From Paraspadella gotoi (taxonomy: Eukaryota > Animalia > Chaetognatha), in NCBI GenBank assembly GCA_051294375.1, contig CM119266.1, positions 20,872,780-20,936,779 of the forward strand: 64,000 bases of DNA, in the 5' to 3' direction. Shown here in pieces: positions 40,498 through 56,852 of the stretch; position 1 is the first letter of the stretch, and each line of letters starts with the position of its first letter. Below the pieces are notes generated by a model, which was given only the letters and a program-made list of their open reading frames with translations, made no database searches and was not told the DNA's origin. A program made the position numbers and the translations under genes.

Positions 40498-42680
40498 ATG
40501 GGCATCAACGTAACCTTGTCTTGGCCTGACTACGTGGTGGCCGTGCTCTGTCTCGCCATCTCTGCCGGTATCGGCGTCTTCTTTCGGTTCGCGGGCGGGC
40601 GACAGAATTCGACGGAGGAATTCCTTATGGCCGACAGGCAAATGAGCGTTTTTCCGGTGGCGCTGTCGCTGCTGGCGTCTTTCGTTTCTGCCATCACGGT
40701 GATCGGTAAGTGAAACACATTCGATTTTAGGATTTAAAAAAAAAAGTTTAATTATTTAATCTAATCTAATATATAATCAAAACTTTGTGGCGAATTCTAA
40801 TTTCGCCTCCCGTATTGCTTGGTGAAACTCAGCTCGTCCCATTGGTTTGGACAGCTAAGCTCTCATTCACCAACAGTGAGTTCCAGGTTCAATCCTTAAA
40901 CGGTCACGCTGGTTATGTGTGATGGTGTTGGCATAAACACTCACGTGACATAGGGTGAAGGTCCAAAGCCCTAAGCGCTAGCTGTTGGGAGATGCCTCAC
41001 ACCCCGGGCATCACACATGTCTCCCCGTTCCCATACTGTGTCATAATTTATGATTCATTTCATCTTTTCACACAACTCCCCACAAAAGGCACTCCTCCGG
41101 AGACTTACGTCCACGGGACCCAATATATGCTCCTCGCCGTCGCCAACTTCTTCGTGATGCCCATCGCGGCGCATCTCTACATTCCGGTCCTCTACCGACT
41201 CCGCCTCACCTCCGCCTACGAGTATCTGGAACTCCGCTTCGACAGGCTCGTCCGAACGACAGCCTCCATCGTCTTCTCCTTCTGGATGATCGTCTACATG
41301 TCGGTGGTGCTTTACTCGCCTTGCTTAGCCCTCAGCGCCGTCACCGGGCTTAACCTGTGGATGTTGATCGCAGTGACGGGGATCATCTGCGTTTTCTACA
41401 CGACCCTTGGCGGAATGAAAGCGGTCATGTGGACGGACGCCTTCCAGATCCTGGTCATGTACTCGGGGATCGTGGCTTTTCTCGTTCTGGGATCGTCCAA
41501 CGAGGGCGGGTGGTCGGCGGCGTGGTCCGTAGCGGAGGAACGAAGGCGCGTCGAGTTCGGGAACGTGAACCCCTCGCCGCTGGATCGCCACACGGTGTGG
41601 TCCTTGCTAATCGGAGGCGCTTACACCTGGCTGGTCATCTACGCCATCAACCAGTCGCAGGTGCAGCGGTGTTTGGCATCGCCGACGCTACGAGCGGCAC
41701 AGGTGGCGATGTGGCTCAACGTGCCAGGCCTGGCGATGTTTCTTATTCTTGCGGCGCTGTGCGGAATCTTGGCGTTGGCTCGGTACCGCGACTGCGACCC
41801 GTTGGCCGGCGGAATGATTTCCAAGATTGATCAGCTCTTCCCGCTCTACGTGATGGACGTGCTGTCGGCTTATCGCGGATTGGCGGGACTCATCATCGCC
41901 TGTATTTGCAGCGCTTCTCTTAGCACCATCTCCTCAGGCCTCAACTCCCTCGCCGCGGTGCTGCTCCAAGACGTCGTTCGTTCTTACATCCGACCCAACA
42001 TCACCGACTCGGGCGCCACAAAGTTTTCCAAGGTCGTGTGCGTGGTCTACGGAGCCCTGGTCATGCTGCTCACGTGGGTGGCGTCTAAACTTGGCAGTAT
42101 TTTGACGGTGGCGTTGGCTCTGCACGGCGGCATCGGAGGTCCACTGCTGGGAGTCTTCACCTTGGGTATCTTTCTTCCCTGGGCAAACGCGGCTGGAGCC
42201 TTGGCGGGGTTGTTGTCGGGCGTCGGGATCACCATGTGGATCATCATCGGCGCTCAAGTCTATCCCGCCCCCGTGAAGAAGCTTTGCGTGTCGACGACTG
42301 GCTGCGACGAATTCGCCGAGTTTACCGTCCTCGAACCGAACTACACCATTCCAAAGTTGACCTGCAACGCCTCGTCGATGGTCCGCTATCCCGATCTCGA
42401 CGACTACGAAGGTCTCGTCATCTACAGGATCTCTTACATCTGGTACAGTTTTTTGGCCGTCATCGTCGTCCTCGTCGTCGGCGGCGTCGTTAGCGCCATC
42501 TTCGGGTTCAACTCGCCCAACGACGTGGACGAGAGATTGGTGTCGCCCCTTTATCACTTTTGTTGCGCGAAACTGCCCGAGAGATGGCGGGAGAGGTGTA
42601 GGTGTCGGAAGGCGGAAGGGAAGGGGGAAGGGGAGGGAGAAGTAAAGACAGAGATCGAGGAGGCGGAAGAGAAACTATGA
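40498..42680 (+). CDS. SLC5 sodium:solute symporter, SMVT/SMCT (SLC5A6/A8/A12-like) clade
   Basis: Exons 40498-40705 and 41089-42680, phase-1 GT..AG. Motifs: DYVV..[91 protein letters not shown]. Confidence 0.95.
40820..41040 (+). mobile_element. Possible tRNA-derived SINE in the SLC5 intron
   Basis: B-box-like GGTTCAATCC at 40886-40895, preceded by the hairpin ctcatt-caccaac-agtgag, in a GC-richer island. Only one copy in the window. Confidence 0.35.
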
Positions 42681-43146
42681 GAAAGTGAAATCTTGAATTC
42701 ATCAACATCATCATCATCATAGGTGTGAATCACTGAAACTTGATTGCTATTTCGTGTGATCCAAGTCGGTATTTTTTTTTTCGGGTTATATATAGCGTGT
42801 GAGCGTGGCGGACTAAAAAGCCTATCGATTTCAGAGTAGGATATTTGTGAGCTTGTGAATTAGTATCAAGTATGAGGGAATGCGGGTTAGTTATAAACAA
42901 ACTGTTGTAGTGTAATGGAAGAAGTGAGAGAAAAAATAAGAACGACTGGGGAAATTTAATGATTAATGAATGAAAAAAATGAGAATAATACATTTGTAAA
43001 AGGATTAATGAACAGAGATGAGATCGGGAAAGAGCGGTGGCGTGGTGAACTGGCCCGGAGGAACCACTTGTGGATCAGTGATGGGAAAGATGAAATAACT
43101 GGGAAAACGAGATGAGTTGAGACGACTGAAAGGATGTTGTGTGTGT

Positions 43147-43196
<50 letters not shown>

Positions 43197-43969
43197 CAAA
43201 GAAGAGTCACAGGAGAGTACGAGCAACCAGAGAGAGAGAGAGTGGAGAATAAAAAGAATTACGAATGAGTCATCGCCGAGGAACGGGTATAGAAAGAGAG
43301 AGTGACAGAAGGAAAGAGAGAAAGAAAAAAAAGGATCTCTGCTCGCCCGGGTGTAACACTCCGACAGTGTCACGCCCGGTTACGAAGGGAAAACTTTGAA
43401 ATCTCGTTTCCCGCATTACCGTTAAAAATCGGTTGGGCTCCGCCGCCAATTAAAAACTCGACCGACGGGTCGTAAGGACGGGAACGTTTATTTCGTTAAC
43501 TTCGTGCACAAAGTTTAAAATCGAGACTCTCCCTTTTTTTTTGGTGACGGTTTTTACTTTGTGGACACGTGGGCAGTTTATTCGTTTGGCCACTGCGCTG
43601 TTGGCAACACCTTTTTTTTTTTTGGTAAAAAAGATTCACCGCGACTGATCGTTTCAAGAAAAAAACTTTTTTTTCATAGCGCGATTAATTTTTTTTAAAT
43701 TTCATTTAATTTAAATTATGGTTTTTATTCTACCTTTACTCGGTTATTCGATCCTACTTCCTGTAAATCCGTATGTATAATAATATGTTTGTGTCTTGTT
43801 ACTCAATGAATTTGCTACTCCGTTTTTAAAACTGTTTTGTCTTATGATTTTATTCCGCTTTATTACGGAAATGTATTTTTGTCGAAAATGTTTTCGAATT
43901 TTTTATTCTCTTTTTTTTTTCGTAACCAGAAAAGAAATTTCCCTTTCGTGTCGTGACGCGATCCTTTAA

Positions 43970-46169
<2,200 letters not shown>

Positions 46170-46903
46170 ATCTCCACATTTTATTTCATCTTAAATATTA
46201 TATCTAAGGTTTTCACCAAGTAGCACGGTTTTTAAATCTCGCGACTCTAACCCAGAGCCTTGATAGTTCTATGGGTCAGAGATCGAAAATATCGGTTTTG
46301 AATCTCACCTTTGCTCCATTTTTTTTAAATCAGAAGAATGGCGTTTCAAAAAAAAAAAAAAAAAAAAATGATAAGTTTCGACTCGTATGTTTAAATTATT
46401 AATCATATACATATCTAATCCGAACAAAAAAAAACTTCATTTCATCTCGTCGTTAAAACGATGATGAAACGAGTTTTCACTGGGTTTCAAGCGATTCCAA
46501 ATAAGCTGCATTCCTGGATATCTTTATAAGTTTTATCCAAATATCTTAACTCAGGTTAAAACTGTGATTACGAAAGAAAATATATTTTAAGAATATCTGT
46601 TCTTTTTTTTCGAAGAAAATATCTGTAGTTAATTATCTTCTGATGAAGACACAGCTATATCCACTGCATCCAGCCTAAACATCTCGTTAAGAATAAAAGA
46701 AATCAATTAAAAACATTTTTTAAGAGAAAGAAAGTTTCCAGATTTAATAAATAGGTACAAATATATACAATTTGATCTACAATCACACTCAAGTAAAAAA
46801 AAAATATTTAACATCATTTTTATTATCGCGGACCAAAGCGAGTGTAGGACACGCCCCCTTTTTCAATATTCCACGACCCCAACTTCATTCCGACGTGTCG
46901 GCT

Positions 46904-49900
46904 TTACTTAACGTCCTCGCTGCGAATCTCGGCCGCGGCGCAGGACTCTCCGTGAGGGAACGCCCACCTCAAGATGGCGCCGTCCTCGGAGCAGCTGATT
47001 ATATAGCGCTGGTCGGGCGATATGGCGACGCGGGTGATGTTGCCCGCGTGCCCGATGCCCACGTGGGTCACGGATCCTTCGTTGAAGGTCCAGACCTGAG
47101 AGAGATGAGGAATTTCGTCCGTAGAATAAATAGAAGACGATCATCGAAGTAGCGGGCTTCGAACATTAAGCATTCGATAATTGTATTTAATTTGAATAAT
47201 TATTTAATAATTTTAAAGAAAAGCGCAGTCTTCTTTCGTCAAAAAGTTTTTCATTAGACGAGTTTTTAATACTTTTTCAACCTATCAAACCTACAACCTA
47301 CAATAGAATAGAAATAAAATAGAAATAAAATAGAATAGGAATAGGAATAGAAAAATATTAGAAATTACTAATCAACTAAGCTTTGAAAAACTTGGGGGGG
47401 AAGGAATTATTACTGAGAGCACAATCTCAACCCCTCACCGCCTTAAAGTCAGTCTCACTTACCTTCAGCAGCCGATCCTGTCCCCCGGTAACGAAGTACT
47501 TTCCATCGTTAGTGACTTTAATGCCGAGGATGGCGCCAGAGAGCGAACCCTCGAGGGCGCGGATGAGGTTCCCGTCGAAGCACTCGAAGTAATCGATCTT
47601 GCGGTCCGTCCCGGAGGCGATGATCTGACACTCGCGCGGTTCGAAGGTCACGCATTGGAAGAGAGAGTTGGCGAACATGATCTGAAGGCGATGGCACTCG
47701 CTAGTGGGAGGAGGGAAATGGGTAGGGAAAAGGAATGTTGATATAAGTTTGCTAACATCACCCTGTAGGCTGACAGCATTCTGAAACTTAAAGAATATTT
47801 TTTTAGAAGCTATCGAAAAATCTTACATTTTTTTCTCTCTCCATCCTTATGAAAATGAATGCCACCATGTACAATTTATCCAATTCGATTCCATTCGCTT
47901 TTTTAATTTTTTATTTCAATAAATCGATTTATCTCATTTTGTTTGCCATTTTTTTCTCGAACACCTCAACTACCTAAAAAAAATTATTTAATTACTTTTT
48001 TAAAAACTTATATCTTTGGGACAACAGTTTATTTATCTTTTTTTCACATATCCTTAAAAAAACTTAGCAGCGTGCGTGACCACGATAAATCAGAACAAAA
48101 CGAAAACCAAAATCTTTTCCTCCAAAACTCACATGATGTCCCAAAGGATGCAGGAGCCGTCGGTGGAGCAGGACACCGCCTCCCTGTTGTTCTTTTTAAC
48201 GTCGATCATCGTGACGGCGCCTTTGTGCTCCTTCAACGCACAGATCATCGACTTGGCTTCAACGGTGTTGTCCCAGATTCTGGAGGATAAGGATGATTTA
48301 GTTTGAAAAAAAACAAACTTTTGGGTCGGGCTCATCGAGAATTAATAATAAAGTGAATATTATATTGATCATAATTCGCAGAAATCCCTTTTTCCGTTCC
48401 TCACATCGTAGAACTAAAGGGTTTCACCACACACACGCTTCACACTTCACCTCACGCCGCCCTCCCCTCCCCCGCTGACGATCCTCCGCGTATCCGCCGT
48501 AACGGCGAGGGCGGTGACGCCCTGATTGTGACAATCGTGGATGGTGAAGAGGATTGTGCCCGACTCCGGAAGGAAGGCGCGGATCTTGCCGTCGTCCCAA
48601 GAGGTGAGGATCGCGGATCCGTCGCGGAGAAACTTCATCGCGGTGCACTTCATGTTGGGGACGTTGATGCGGAGGAGTTCCTGGAGGAAGGAGGCGGTTG
48701 GAGGAGGAGGAGGATGAAGAGGAAGGCAGGGGGACAAATATGGCTATTTAGTTGTTTGTTTCAGAGTCATGCTTTTGTTGATGAATGATTTATTTGGTCT
48801 TGACGTGCCAATAAAATAAAAAGAAAGCAAGATATTTCTGGAGATAACATGATTTTCAGATCTTCCGAGACTTCTGCATTTTTTTTGTTATGCACCCTTG
48901 AGGGAGACAAAAGTCACTATAGAGCAGTGCGTATTTAAAAATAAAAATCATGTTATCTCCAGAAGTATCTTGCCTTCTTTTTATTTTATTGGCGCGTAAA
49001 TACCAAATAAATCATTTATCAATATCAATGGGTAGTATTATTTAGTCCCCTTTGCTCTTTCTAACTAGAAACAATTTCAACTAATTTCACATCCTCCAAC
49101 GCCCCCCTCAATATCCACCCACCACTCCGGTGTCGGCGACCCAGATCCTGATGTCTTCGGTGGAGGCGGTGGCGAAGAGTTTGGAACAACCGTAGGGGAA
49201 CTCGACGGCGTTGATGGCGTCGGTGTGGGCGGTGAACTTGAGCTCCAGCGAGAAGTCGCGCATGGTGACTTTGTAGATTTGACATCTGAGAGGAGGGGAT
49301 CGTTATATTTATCGATCAATCAATCAATCAATCAAAATTCATTCAATTAGTCCTTTAAAGACTAGTTTTTTCTAACGCCCAACAAATGAATAATTAATTC
49401 AATAATTAATTAATACTTAAATTAACGAATAAAATATTTTCATCTCACCACAGCCTCGCAAGCAGTCGATCGACCAAATAGATAAATCAATCAATCATCC
49501 AATCGTTAAAAAAAATGTTCTCTCTCACCTGGACGTCCCCACGTAAAAGTAACACGCCTCTCCGCCGGGCCCCGTCGGCATCAGCGCCACCGACATGACC
49601 TCTCCGTCGACGCACTTGGTCTTGGCGCGCTTGAACTTCTCCTTCTTGACGAGGAGGTTGATGCTTCCGTCGCCGGCGCCGACCACGAGGTTCCCGTTGT
49701 AGAGTTGGCGGATGGAGTTGACGCCTTGGGACATCTTCTCCTTGGCGCTGGTGACGAAGAGGAAGAGGAGAGTGCGCATGTTGATCTGGACAACGTCGCC
49801 GGTTGTGGTTCCGCCGTAGATTGTCTCACCGTCTTCGTCCATCTGAAATGTAAATGACGCGGATATAATGATAGAGACTAATGCGACAAATCTCTTGTTC

Positions 49901-51592
49901 GTATTCATATTTATTTTTAATATTCATATTCAATGTATTCCATCCATTTTAGATCCGAATATGGGAGAGAGGAAACTCTGGTTGTAGGTGTGAGAATGTA
50001 TTTTTGGAAATGTTTAAACGTGTTAACTTTAATGATCACGTTACGTGTCGTCTTTCTATCGGGCTTCTGAAGAATTAAAATTATTGTTATTGTAAAAATG
50101 ACGAACAAGTTGTATGAATTAAAATCAGACATTTGTTTCATCAATTACGACCCCCCCCCCACATTACCCTTAACCAGTCTCAATAGAAATCTTGGAAAAT
50201 CCGGTCTCAACTCACGCAGATGCACTTGATGACCCTCTTGATGGGCCCCATGTTGATGTCCTCCGGGCGAATCTTCCTGTTGGGCTTGTCGTACGTCCAT
50301 CGGCGGCAGACCAAGTTGCCCGCCGTCACGAAGGTGAAGTCGTCGTAGAGGGAGTAGGCGATGGCGAGGAGTTTGTGGGCCAGAAGGACCGGGGCGCCAA
50401 ACCGGGCTGCGCAGAGAGGGCCTCTGGTGGTTTGCGGGTTTGATCGATGGCAGGAATAGAGAAGATAGATTGAGATAGAGAATATAGAAACTAAATAGCG
50501 AGACAATAGAGAAAGAGGAGAGAGAAGGAGAGAGAGGATGAGGGAGAGAGAGAGAGAGAGAGAGAGAGGAGAAGAGAGAGAGAGAGAGAGGAAGAGAGAG
50601 GAGAGAGAGAGAGAGAGAGGAGAGAGAGAAGAGAGAGAGAGAGGAGAGAGAGAGCAGGGGATAGAGATAACGAAAAAGAGAAAGAAAGAAAAGAAAGAAA
50701 GAAAGAAAGAAAGAAAGAAGAAAGAAAGAAAAAGAAAAAGAAGAAAGAAAGAAAGAAAGAAAGAACGAAAGAAAAAATACAAAAACCAAAAGAAAGAAAG
50801 AAATAAACTTTGGAAATAAAGAAGCCAACTCCATTCCCCCCCCGCCTCTCTACCTCCCGTCTCCACGTCCCAGATGACGACGCTTCCGTCATCTTGTCCT
50901 CCGATCGTCACGATGTATTTCTCCGTCGGCGAAAACGCGAGAGACTCGATCTTGACTTTGTGGAGGTTGAGTCGATGCCGCAGGGTCTTCGTCTCGTAGT
51001 TCCAGATGATGGCGTCCGCCTGGAGAAGGATAATCGTTGTTAAAATCTAGGTCATGGAGAGCGAACACGGTCGTGTGTTACGATGGAAAAGCCCTAAATA
51101 ACTACTGGATGTAGGCAAAATTATACCAATCACAGTGTCCTCAAACTTTCTATAATGTCAAATTTATACAATGTCAATTTTTCAAAACTAAAATACGATA
51201 CATCTCCGCTTCACCTTGAAGCCCATGTAAGTGACTTGGCCCGAGGCGAGGTACTTTCCCGACTTGGAGACCGTCATGCAAGAGATGTAGTTGGTGTGGC
51301 CGTTGAGAAAGGCCTGCTTCCGGGTCTTCATGTTTTCCACGACGATGCTGGACCCCAAGGGGTAGATGGAGTGTCGCCCGTCGGGGTGAATCCTCAATCC
51401 GTTTCTCACCGAACCTTTTTTTGGGGGGGAGGTGATGTAAGAAGGGTGATATTAAAATTATATTCATCTCAAAACTGAACATTTATATAATTTTAAACTA
51501 ATTGCCAGTTTACTCCGAGATGATAGCTTACCGTCGAATCCGATGACGGATTTCAACTCCAACTGGGGCATTCCATCGCCCACTTCCGGCAT
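46904..51592 (-). CDS. CFAP52: Cilia- and flagella-associated protein 52 (WD40; WDR16)
   Basis: Ten coding exons: 51592-51532, 51414-51215, 51019-50854, ~50423-50216, 49842-49529, 49285-49123, 48680-48451, 48279-48133, 47700-47463, 47095-46904. Motifs: LELKSVIGFDG, HPDG..IYPLG, YLASGQVTYMGFKADAIIW, LHKVKIESLAFS, GGQDDGSV, GTTTGDV, ELLRINVPN, LKEHKGAV, ASGTDRKI, VTHVGIGHAGNI. The exon 3/4 junction has a frame inconsistency, probably an indel error. Confidence 0.93.
48778..49022. mobile_element. Foldback/MITE-like element with ~80-bp terminal inverted repeats (CFAP52 intron)
   Basis: ttgatgaatgatttatttggt..gccaataaaataaaaagaaagcaagatatttctggagataacatgatttt (48778-48857) is the reverse complement, with few mismatches, of 48944-49022. 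Confidence 0.8.
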
Positions 51593-51950
51593 TTTCGGTT
51601 CTTTGAAAGAAAATCGTAATAAAAAGTGATAAAATTCAGAAATGTGTCGAAAGTTTTTTTTTTTTTTTCAAAATTAAGATTTATTCAAATTCTAAGAAGT
51701 ACGGAGATTTTTTAACTGAGCGAACTAGGAAAAAGGTAATAAAACACAATTAGTCAGATTAAAAAAAAATCACTTTTTAGCAAATGATAAAAACAATTAT
51801 TTCTTACCTGGATGGCTAAATCTGTCTAAAATACTCATAGTCGTTTGTTTTCTAGTTTTTTTTTTAATAAAACAGTTTATTAATTACAGCTTTTGTTGTT
51901 CTGAGTTTGATCTAAAATCTAAGAAGACTTACAAGGATTGTTTTGGAACC

Positions 51951-51964
51951 GTTGCCATGGTTCC
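51951..51964. promoter_or_regulatory. Putative RFX X-box upstream of CFAP52
   Basis: GTTGCCATGGTTCC (one perfect X-box half-site) lies ~145 bp upstream of a minus-strand 5'-UTR donor at ~51806. RFX control of ciliary genes is established. Confidence 0.4.
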
Positions 51965-52853
51965 ATTCGACTTCGGAGGAAATCCTCCTCATTCTTGTCT
52001 GAACAAGTTTCGATCGCTTTTCCATCGCATTCCCATCGTTCCAGTACAGCATGATTACAATTACGTACAAAAAATACATTGCAACGAAAATACCCAATTG
52101 CCTATTTCCCTCATCTTGAGTGTAAAACAAAAATTTATAAAAATCGGGTTTATTGCTTGGCTATGGCTACCCAATGGCTACCCTATTGAAAAAAGAAAAG
52201 CTAGAAAATTGGTTTGAATCAATCTCTAAACTCCAATACACGTCTAGACTCAACTAAGTTGTAGAAATAGAATCTTTATCTTTCCTTATCGCGAAAAATT
52301 TCGCCTTTTCCCCGGTCACTCATCGAATTTTCTCCCCATTTTTTCAAAAAATCCCTTTTGCCTTTTCGACTCCTTATCTCACGTTATCGATGCTACACTG
52401 ATGCTTCGTAGTCGCGGTTGACGCTCGAGGATAAAGTTTTTCTTTTTGTCGTTATTGTTGTTGACGGGGAAAGATTGAAGTTTTATGCGTTGTCTAGTAA
52501 AATAATGAACAAGCTGAAGCGATTACTTGATAAACTGTCCAGGAAGAAACGAGATTCCCATGGTTTTTAATCATCTATAATAATTCTTAGTTCAAAAAAG
52601 TCTTCCAAATTATAAGGTATCTTCGAAACCTGAAACTTAATGCGAAGCAATTTGCTCAACTTCAAATTATTTCGCATAGTATTTATCGTCGTCATCATCG
52701 ACGTCGTCAAGATATTTAACTTAAAAATATCTCTATCGATTTTTTTTTTCTAATTCGTTTCGCATCGTAACTTCTTATCTCCTCTCCATTCGCTCTCGAA
52801 GCAATCGCTACATCGCTGTACGGTTCCAGTGTATCTCGATTCTCGATCCAGAC

Positions 52854-52860
52854 TATAAAA
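52854..52860 (+). promoter_or_regulatory. TATA box of the myosin light chain gene
   Basis: TATAAAA about 120 bp upstream of the ATG at 52977. Confidence 0.5.
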
Positions 52861-52976
52861 GCTCCATCTCTTTCGGCCCAACCCTTTCTAAGGAGAATCC
52901 ACTTGAGCTTCCGACTACAACAACAACATCAACAACAGAGAATCGCCGTCTCCTTCTCCCGTCGCCGTCAGCGGAA

Positions 52977-54826
52977 ATGTCGGAGGCCGACGCTAAAGAC
53001 GCCTTCATCATTTTTGATGAGGCCTACGAGGTCAGTGGGTCCTTTACTCGTCTCATAGATTAATTTAATCATTTTTTGTTTATTTAACATGAGTCTAAAT
53101 TCTAAGATTTTAACATTTGAACATTTATAAGAATAAAAGATTAACCTTTTAAATAACAGTAGTCATATTAATAAACATATTTGGTTTTCGGGGATCGGAT
53201 TTATTTATTTAAATACATTAATTAACTCCTTAAAAGAAACCTAATGCAATATAGACATTCAATATAAACATTCAAGATATACATTTAAAATATAAGATAA
53301 GCAACAATGAAGGATCACCATTTGGCGATTGCTCGCCTATACCTGGATGTTGGGATTAAAGAGCCGAAATCCATGAAGGGTATAAAGTTCCCAACTGATG
53401 ACTTTCCCATTGTATAAAAATAAAAGATAAAAAATATTCAAAAAAGAAATAATTAAAAAGTAGAATAAAGAAAAAATATAATTTTAAAATTATATTCATG
53501 ACATAAAGGTGCCCCTATAGACCTTTCCCCGGTATGTATCCCTATCAGAACATACAATTTCTACATGGTAGTCTTATCCCTATTGGTAAAAAAATCAATA
53601 TAACTTTGGTCACCCCTCAAAAAATTATCCATTCCCACCCTTTCTGTTCAGCCTCTTAGATATTATTATTTTTCATTAATGACTTTCTAACAGAAATGAT
53701 GTGTGTATATCTATTAGAAAACTAGGACAGATAGTAATCTAACCTTGTGTTGTATTAGATGCTCCCTCTATTTCCAGAAGACAACACTGACTTCCCCTTC
53801 CCAAATTGAATTATTAGATAAATAAAACATTTTTAAGAAAGAAAGCAATATATAATTGATTAAATAATAAGATTAAATACTAATCCTTCATAAAATATAA
53901 AAATAGAAAATAGCTGAAACAAGTAATTTGCAAATTTTCATACATATAAACTTACATGTCCTATATTTCCTATTCTCTTTAATCTATGCCTTCAGGGCAA
54001 CGACATAGACGCATTCTACTTGGGCGACATTCTGCGCGCATTGGGATGCAACTGTACCAACGCCATGGTTTTGGCCAACGGAGGGACCGCTGCTCTTGGT
54101 AAATATAAATATCATCAATAATAGATACAAAAAGTTAAGAATGTATTACAAACGTCATGGCCATAAGTCTAACTGTAACTACTAGAAAGTAGAGCAAAGA
54201 TCGTGATATGAATTATGATTCGTCGTCAATAATTCAGTTTAAAATGAGTTGTTGTTTTTTTAAGGCGAAAAACGAATCAACTTTAAAGATTTTCTTCCTC
54301 TTTTGGCGAAAATGAAGGCAGACACGAGTTCGACTGGATGCAAAGAGGACTACATCGAGGGGCTTAAGGTGAGGAAAGACTCAATCATTACCTCAAACGT
54401 TACCGATGGCCTCATCGTCCTTTGCCTAACGCAAACTAACCTAAGCTAACCTAACGCAAGTAAAAATAAACTCATTTGAGTTTTTGACAATGATAATATT
54501 TAGTAATTTACAGTTTTAAAGTTGTCATATGAATTTGGTACGCCAGGTCTTCGACAAGGACGGATCAGGCAAGGTGGCTTTGGCTGAGGTGACCAACGTC
54601 CTCGGTTCCTTGGCCGAAAAGTTGGAAGGCAACGACGCCGACAATCTCTTCAAGCTTCTCGACATCAGGGAAGACGAGGTCAGGTTATTACTATTATTAT
54701 TATTATTATTATTATTCAAAAACTTTTCAAAGAATGCGTCAAAATAATTTTACTTCATTTTTCTTTCAGAACGGCCTTATATCCTACATGGAATTCATTG
54801 AGAAACTGCTCAACGCGTGTTCATAG
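52977..54826 (+). CDS. Myosin essential (alkali) light chain, invertebrate muscle type (EF-hand)
   Basis: Exons 52977-53030, 53996-54098, 54265-54368, 54547-54678, 54770-54826. IDAFYLGDILRALGCN.TN..V...GGT...GEK...F..FLP, EDYIEGLKVFDKDGSG and LAEKL..LLDIREDENGLISY resemble molluscan ELC. Confidence 0.9.
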
Positions 54827-55591
54827 AGCGCGAAAATTCTATTCTGATTACGGAACGACGAGATCATGGGGTTGGGGGGATTGAAAACTATCTTTGATCA
54901 TGTATGACCGGTTCTGTGGAAGGAATGTTACATTATTATTTCATCGACGAATTATGCATTGTTTTTCTGTATCAATTACATTTCATAATTTTTAAATTTT
55001 TTTTGTTATCAATAACCGTTAGTTAGGTGTTGCAACGATATAATCATGCTTTCCTTACAATTAAAAAAAACTTTATGAAAATCAGATCATTAGAAACGGT
55101 TCATACCGTCTTTTCACGACATTGCGAAAAACTCCGTCCTCGTTTTGCTAATTTGTTCCCTTCTGAAGTTAATTTCCAATAAAACTCGTCCGAGGTCGCT
55201 AAAGTAGATTAAAGTTGCCACGACGAAAGAACGCGGAGTCAAAATCAAGGTGACGTAAGCACAAAAGAACAGTCAACCAGTCGAAAAACTTCTCGGGCGT
55301 TTGTCCGGGTCGCTAGGATCGTTGAGGCATTTTGATTCCGGCATTTTTACCGATCAAAGCAGCCAATTCTTCGATAACCGAGTTTTTATTAGTTTTTTCG
55401 CTTTCAACAGGACACTCAAAATCCTATTTTGAAGCAGCTGCCAAACTGCGAGTTGAATTTATCATTTTCTAACTAATGCAGTTTTTATCGTTTTTTTAAT
55501 TTCTATATTATTTCTGTTTTCACAGAACTCGACTCCGCTACCAAAGTCTTCCTTTTTCCTAAAGTGTTACCTTGACTGTTCGCCTCCAAGG

Positions 55592-56418
55592 ATGTCGAAA
55601 AAATCAGCCCAGGATTTGACCAACGAGGAGGAGCTCTTGCTGCAGGACTTCAGCGGAACCCTCAGCAAGAAGGCGACTTCGCTCTTCTACGGAAACGCAC
55701 TTATCGTCTCCGCTCTGCCCATTTGTGAGTTGGCAGATTGAGTGAAATACCGATAGAATGACGTCATGACGTTCACTATTAATCTCATTTCATTTAGGGC
55801 TGTTTTGGCGGATTCACCAATTGGATCCCACGGAGCCCAAACACGGCGTCATCTTTTTCGTCACCACCGTTATTGCCTCCGGCCTCGTCGCGTTCGGCTA
55901 CAAAAAAGTCAAACATATCCTCAAGCACAGGTAAAATATTTCGGCACGCTCGTCCATGTTTGAAGAAAAACTTGTTCAAAATTGTTGTAGTCGAAAATTT
56001 GATTTTTCAACCGGTCTCTACACATTGTCTGTCTGTCCGTTTGTTTTTCTGTTATCATAGTCAGATCGCGACGCATTTCAAAATCTGTACCCATCCCATT
56101 TACTCCAACCCCCAAACCGCCCGCAGTATCGCCCGCAAACGCGAGTCTGCCGTATCGACCGACATGTTACGCCTCTTGGCCGACAACAAGAAGATGTCGA
56201 AGAAGGAGAAGGACGAGCGGATCTTGTGGAAGACGAACGAAGTGGCCGACTTCGAGTCGACTAACCTCACCATCTTCTACAACAACATCCTCTTCCTCGC
56301 CCTCGTCATCCTCCTCTCCTTCTTTGCGCTCAGAAACGTCCAGCCTCTCTTCAACTACGTCACCTCGACGCTCTTCTCCGCCGGCGTCGTCGCTCTCTTC
56401 TCCACCAAGACCAAATAG
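55592..56418 (+). CDS. SSR3: Translocon-associated protein subunit gamma (TRAP-gamma)
   Basis: Exons 55592-55724, 55798-55930, 56127-56418. Motifs: [52 protein letters not shown]....IFYNN. Confidence 0.96.
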
Positions 56419-56852
56419 AGAGAGATAGAGATAGAGAGAGACAATTAATTTTCTTGTTCGAGTTTTAAATTGATTGCAAGGAAAAAAATGAATAAAATTT
56501 GTTTATCTTTTCCGTTGATCGCATCCCTTGTTGGTTGTACAATTCGTTTCACTGGTTAGAAGTAAATAACTCGAATTAAAATAGCAAAAATTAAAATAAT
56601 AAGAACAGATAGAACATAAAAAAGACTAATCAAGACAAACATAAAGCGAGCTAACACATAATACTATAAAAGAGATCGTGGAGATTCTTTTGAACAAAGT
56701 TTCAATTCTGAAAATCGCGTTAACGGTTAAGGTCATTCCTGTGAGGTCATAAGACTAATTAATTTGTATCTGCGTCTAATTTTAATCAATACGAAATCTA
56801 TTACATCACGATCCATGAAAAAATTCCATAGACTCATGAATTTTTTTCTGCC

